Shown one piece after another: positions 50,805 through 53,949 of a stretch of DNA of 53,949 nucleotides (the stretch's first letter is position 1; each line of letters begins with the position of its first letter). The notes below the pieces were generated by a model that saw only the letters and a program-made list of their open reading frames with translations, had not been told where the DNA came from and ran no database searches. The DNA is from an uncultured Gammaproteobacteria bacterium (GTDB lineage Bacteria > Patescibacteriota > Patescibacteriia > UBA9934 > GWF2-40-263), in contig CAYHDY010000001.1 in the NCBI GenBank assembly GCA_964355525.1, forward strand, positions 1 through 53,949. The letters run 5' to 3'. A program made the translations under genes and the position numbers.

Positions 50805-51239
50805 ATGTCTCTTTCTCTTCACACCCTTAAACCAAGTAAACACTCCAAAAAAGGCAAAAAACGTGTCGGTCGTGGTTTGGGTTCAAAAGGAACTTATTCC
50901 GGTCGTGGAGTTAAAGGACAAGGTGCCCGTTCTGGTATTTCTGGTTTGAAATTGAAAGGATTTCGCAAAATTTTGCTTTCCACTCCAAAGAATCGTGGAT
51001 TTAAAAGTTTGAATGAAAAACCACAAATTGTTCAGATTGGTGATTTAGGAACACATTTTGTTGATGGATCTAAAGTGACTCCAAAACAACTTTTCAAAAA
51101 ACAATTGATCGCAAGCGAGACATCTGAGGTCAAGATTTTATCGATGGGAGATATCTCTGTTAAAATCATCCTTTCTGGTTGTCTTGTTTCTGCAGCAGCA
51201 AAGGAAAAAATCGAGAAAGCAGGCGGATCCGTCGTCTAA
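50805..51239 (+). CDS. rplO: 50S ribosomal protein L15
   Basis: LHTLKPSKHSKKGKKRVGRGLGS and GRGVKGQGARSG. Confidence 0.95.
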   Translation: MSLSLHTLKPSKHSKKGKKRVGRGLGSKGTYSGRGVKGQGARSGISGLKLKGFRKILLSTPKNRGFKSLNEKPQIVQIGDLGTHFVDGSKVTPKQLFKKQLIASETSEVKILSMGDISVKIILSGCLVSAAAKEKIEKAGGSVV

Positions 51240-51278
51240 TTTTCGCGGGTATCCGCAGGGGGCACCCCTACAATCATT

Positions 51279-52541
51279 ATGAATACCCTTCTTCGCATTT
51301 GGAAAACAAAAGAATTGCGCAACAGTTTGCTTTTCGTTCTCCTCATGCTTGTGATTTTTCGTATCGCTGCACATATTCCAGCTCCTGGTATTGATGCAAA
51401 AGCACTAGAGACAGTGTTCTCTAAAAATCAATTTCTGGGACTTTTGAATATTTTTTCTGGTGGAACATTGAAAAACTTTTCCGTTGTTGCGATGGGGGTC
51501 ATGCCATACATCACTTCTTCCATTATTTTTCAGTTGCTTGGAATGATTGTTCCTTCTCTTGAAGAGATGCAAAAGGAAGAATCTGGACGACAAAAAATTA
51601 ATCAATGGACACGTTTACTTACGGTTCCACTTGGATTTTTTCAAGCGTACGGTCTCATTTTGCTTCTTTCCCGCCAAGGACAATTTTTTGTCGGATCACA
51701 AACATCTACGATTTTGTTCGCTATGGTTAGTATGACCGCAGGAACAGTTTTTCTTATGTGGCTCGGTGAATTGATTTCCGAAAAAAAAGTTGGAAATGGA
51801 GTTTCTATTTTGATTCTTGCCGGAATCGTTGCGGGACTCCCAACGACACTTAGTCAGTCACTTGCTGTTTATGACAAAAGTCAGATGGTAACATTGATTT
51901 TGTTTGTTGCAGTTGTGATTGCAACAGTGATTGGTATCGTTATCATGAATGAGGCACAGCGCAACGTTCCCGTGCAGTACGCGCGTCATAATCAGGGATC
52001 TAGACTAGGTGCTGGATCATCCACTCATATTCCTCTTCGTCTTAATATGGGCGGAGTGATTCCGATCATCTTTGCTATCTCGATCATTTTGTTTCCAACC
52101 GTTCTTGCACAGTTTTTTATCAATGCAAAAACACCCTTTTTGAGACAAGCTGCAACAATGATCTTACAACTTTTTCAAAACCAATTGTTCTACGGTATCG
52201 CGTACTTTGTCTTGGTTTTTCTCTTCACCTATTTCTATTCCGCTGTAATCTTCCATCCAGAACAGGTTGCAGAAAACATTCAGAAACAAGGTGGATTTAT
52301 CCCAGGAATCAGACCGGGTAAACATACGGCAGACTTCCTTGCCTGGGTCACGAATCGTTTACTTCTCCTCGGAGCATCATTTCTCTCGATTATCGCCGTG
52401 CTTCCGCTTCTCGTTCAGCACTTTACAGGTAACGCCAGTCTCGTGATTGGCGGAACGTCCGTTCTCATTATCGTCGCGGTTGTGATCGATAGTGTAAAGC
52501 AGATCGAGGCACAGTTGACTATGCGTGAATACGACCTCTAA
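51279..52541 (+). CDS. secY: Preprotein translocase subunit SecY
   Basis: LRNSLLFVLLMLVIFRI, MGVMPYITSSIIFQLL, GISILI-like GVSILILAGI and GGFIPGIRPG. Confidence 0.97.
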   Translation: MNTLLRIWKTKELRNSLLFVLLMLVIFRIAAHIPAPGIDAKALETVFSKNQFLGLLNIFSGGTLKNFSVVAMGVMPYITSSIIFQLLGMIVPSLEEMQKEESGRQKINQWTRLLTVPLGFFQAYGLILLLSRQGQFFVGSQTSTILFAMVSMTAGTVFLMWLGELISEKKVGNGVSILILAGIVAGLPTTLSQSLAVYDKSQMVTLILFVAVVIATVIGIVIMNEAQRNVPVQYARHNQGSRLGAGSSTHIPLRLNMGGVIPIIFAISIILFPTVLAQFFINAKTPFLRQAATMILQLFQNQLFYGIAYFVLVFLFTYFYSAVIFHPEQVAENIQKQGGFIPGIRPGKHTADFLAWVTNRLLLLGASFLSIIAVLPLLVQHFTGNASLVIGGTSVLIIVAVVIDSVKQIEAQLTMREYDL

Positions 52542-52550
52542 ACAAACAAA

Positions 52551-52575
52551 AAGAACCCATTACTGGGTTCTTTTG
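52551..52575 (+). terminator. Intrinsic terminator after secY
   Basis: agaaccca-ttac-tgggttct followed by ttt. Confidence 0.5.
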
Positions 52576-52607
52576 AATTAAGGCTTAACTTGCTATACTC
52601 TGTGCGT

Positions 52608-53285
52608 ATGATGCATCAACTCACTGCAAAACCCTACAAGGTGATTTTGTTCGGTCCACAAGGAAGTGGAAAGGGAACTCAAGCACATCTTCTCGCCGAA
52701 GCATTTGGAATTCCGACATTCAGTATGGGTCAGTTGATTCGTGATGAGATTGCAACGGGATCGGATATGGGGAAACGATTTGCTCCGATTGTCGCAGAAG
52801 GGAAATTGATTGGGGATGCGGATGCAGCCGCACTTTTAAAAAGACGATTATCTAGTTTAGACGTAAAAGATGGATACATTCTTGATGGTTTTCCACGTGA
52901 TCGTGCACAAGCAAAGGCTTTTGATTTTGATCGTCCAACGCATTTGATCATCATCCATATTCCACACGATGAATCTCTTTCACGATTGAAAGGTCGTTTG
53001 ACCGATGATAAAACCGGAAAGATTTACAGTATGAAAGATGGTCATGTCGCCGGCGAAAAAATTCCGGAAGGTGGAACATTGTTTGTTCGTGCGGATGATG
53101 TGCCAGAAGCAATCGAAAAACGATTGCAAATTTACCAAACAGAGACGTTTGCTGTCGTTGATGAATATGTGAGCACGGGTATTCCTATCTGTCATGTCGA
53201 TGGAGTGGGTTCTGTGGAACAAGTTCATGAACGTTTAGTCAATGCCGTTGAATCTTTTTGCTATGTCCCTCGTGAAAACACCTAA
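52608..53285 (+). CDS. adk: Adenylate kinase
   Basis: P-loop GPQGSGKGTQ, DGFPR and a long LID without Cys ligands. Start is the ATG at 52608, since TATACT at 52594-52599 lies inside the longer ORF. Confidence 0.9.
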   Translation: MMHQLTAKPYKVILFGPQGSGKGTQAHLLAEAFGIPTFSMGQLIRDEIATGSDMGKRFAPIVAEGKLIGDADAAALLKRRLSSLDVKDGYILDGFPRDRAQAKAFDFDRPTHLIIIHIPHDESLSRLKGRLTDDKTGKIYSMKDGHVAGEKIPEGGTLFVRADDVPEAIEKRLQIYQTETFAVVDEYVSTGIPICHVDGVGSVEQVHERLVNAVESFCYVPRENT

Positions 53286-53949
53286 AGAAATTGATGCGAT
53301 GCGCGAAGGTGGTCACATTCTTTCGCGAGCGTTGAAAGCAGCGGTTGATTCGATTCGTCCGGGTATCACGCTTCGTGAGATTGATGCGATTGGTGAAGCA
53401 AGTATGCGAGCTGAGGGTGCGACGCCATCGTTCTTGCATTACAAATCCTCGCCATCGGATACGCCGTTTCCAAGCACGATTTGTCTTTCGGTTAATGAAG
53501 AAATCGTACATGGACTTGGTAATCGCGATCGTATACTTCACGAAGGCGATGTTCTTGGACTCGACATCGGATGTTGGTACAAAGGATTGTGTACGGACAT
53601 GGCCGTAAGCGTTTATGTCGGTTCGAATTGTCCGCCGAAAATAAAACAGTTACTCGGGGTTACAAAAGAAGCGTTGCTCGCAGGAGTTGCAGCGGCTCAT
53701 GTCGGAGGTGACGTTCGAGATATCAGCAAGGCAATCGAAGAAGTCGTCACACCGTACAAATATGGAAATGTCCGTGCACTCGTCGGGCACGGCGTCGGCC
53801 ACGAGGTTCACGAAAACCCGCACGTTCCGAATTACACCGACCCGCGATACCCATCCGTCAAACTCGTTGATGGAATGTGTCTTGCTCTCGAGCCAATGTT
53901 CGGACTCGGCGGAGATTATCATGTCGACACCGCACCGGACGGTTGGGCG
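53263..53949 (+). CDS. map: Methionine aminopeptidase type I (partial; runs off the window)
   Basis: Not in the ORF track because no stop is reached. Translation from the ATG at 53263 reads MSLVKTPKEIDAMREGG...GDVLGLDIG...HGVGHEVHE...LALEPM. Confidence 0.9.
   Translation, partial: MSLVKTPKEIDAMREGGHILSRALKAAVDSIRPGITLREIDAIGEASMRAEGATPSFLHYKSSPSDTPFPSTICLSVNEEIVHGLGNRDRILHEGDVLGLDIGCWYKGLCTDMAVSVYVGSNCPPKIKQLLGVTKEALLAGVAAAHVGGDVRDISKAIEEVVTPYKYGNVRALVGHGVGHEVHENPHVPNYTDPRYPSVKLVDGMCLALEPMFGLGGDYHVDTAPDGWA

Noticed and set aside
1-53949. CRISPR arrays, tRNA/rRNA genes, integrases/transposases and prophage blocks.
   Set aside because: I saw no regularly spaced direct repeats, no T-loop-like GGTTCGA(A/T)TCC cloverleaf candidates in the intergenic spaces, and no recombinase motifs by eye. 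tRNAscan/Infernal and a repeat finder should confirm this. My visual scan could miss a divergent tRNA.
1-53949. An alternative genetic code (UGA recoded, as in some candidate phyla).
   Set aside because: Conserved genes end at TGA where their orthologues end (leuS, comEC, the dipeptidase), and no in-frame TGA interrupts any ribosomal protein or translation factor. This is consistent with the standard bacterial code.

Overview
The window looks like a contiguous chromosomal stretch from a small-genome bacterium using the standard genetic code. TGA terminates conserved genes such as leuS and comEC, and there are no in-frame TGAs in ribosomal proteins. Genes are tightly packed, often with ATGA/TAATG stop-start overlaps. 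The right half (34.1-53.9 kb) is the str-S10-spc ribosomal supercluster: rpsL-rpsG-fusA ... tuf-rpsJ-rplC ... rplO-secY-adk-map. It lacks rpmD (L30) between rpsE and rplO, a known hallmark of Candidate Phyla Radiation/Patescibacteria, so I tentatively place the organism there (inference). The left half carries housekeeping genes: cdd, Nudix, HU, rny, lemA/TPM, truB, infB, trxA/trxB, leuS, ugd, comEC, ndk, murI, murA, an M19 dipeptidase and an M50 protease. These are interspersed with orphan genes. I found no rRNA, tRNA, CRISPR array, integrase or transposase by eye. There are four notable signals. (1) At least four families of GC-rich palindromic micro-elements are scattered through the window, and several sit in-frame inside essential coding genes (leuS three times, an APH-like kinase, truB, comEC). 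One of these is an identical 30-nt perfect palindrome in two unrelated genes, and removing it restores the canonical protein motif spacing. (2) leuS carries a roughly 220-codon in-frame insertion that reads like a complete Ham1/RdgB (ITPase) gene, directly abutted by one of the palindromic elements. (3) An orphan locus at 18.9-22.2 kb holds a divergent RelA/SpoT-like nucleotidyltransferase, a 161-aa basic protein, a self-contained leaderless micro-gene for a 35-aa hydrophobic peptide whose promoter has a palindromic operator, and a 380-aa unknown protein. (4) A 3.4-kb block of four genes splits fusA from tuf, and a structured 286-nt spacer splits rpsJ from rplC. All product calls come from motif recognition by eye; no searches were run.
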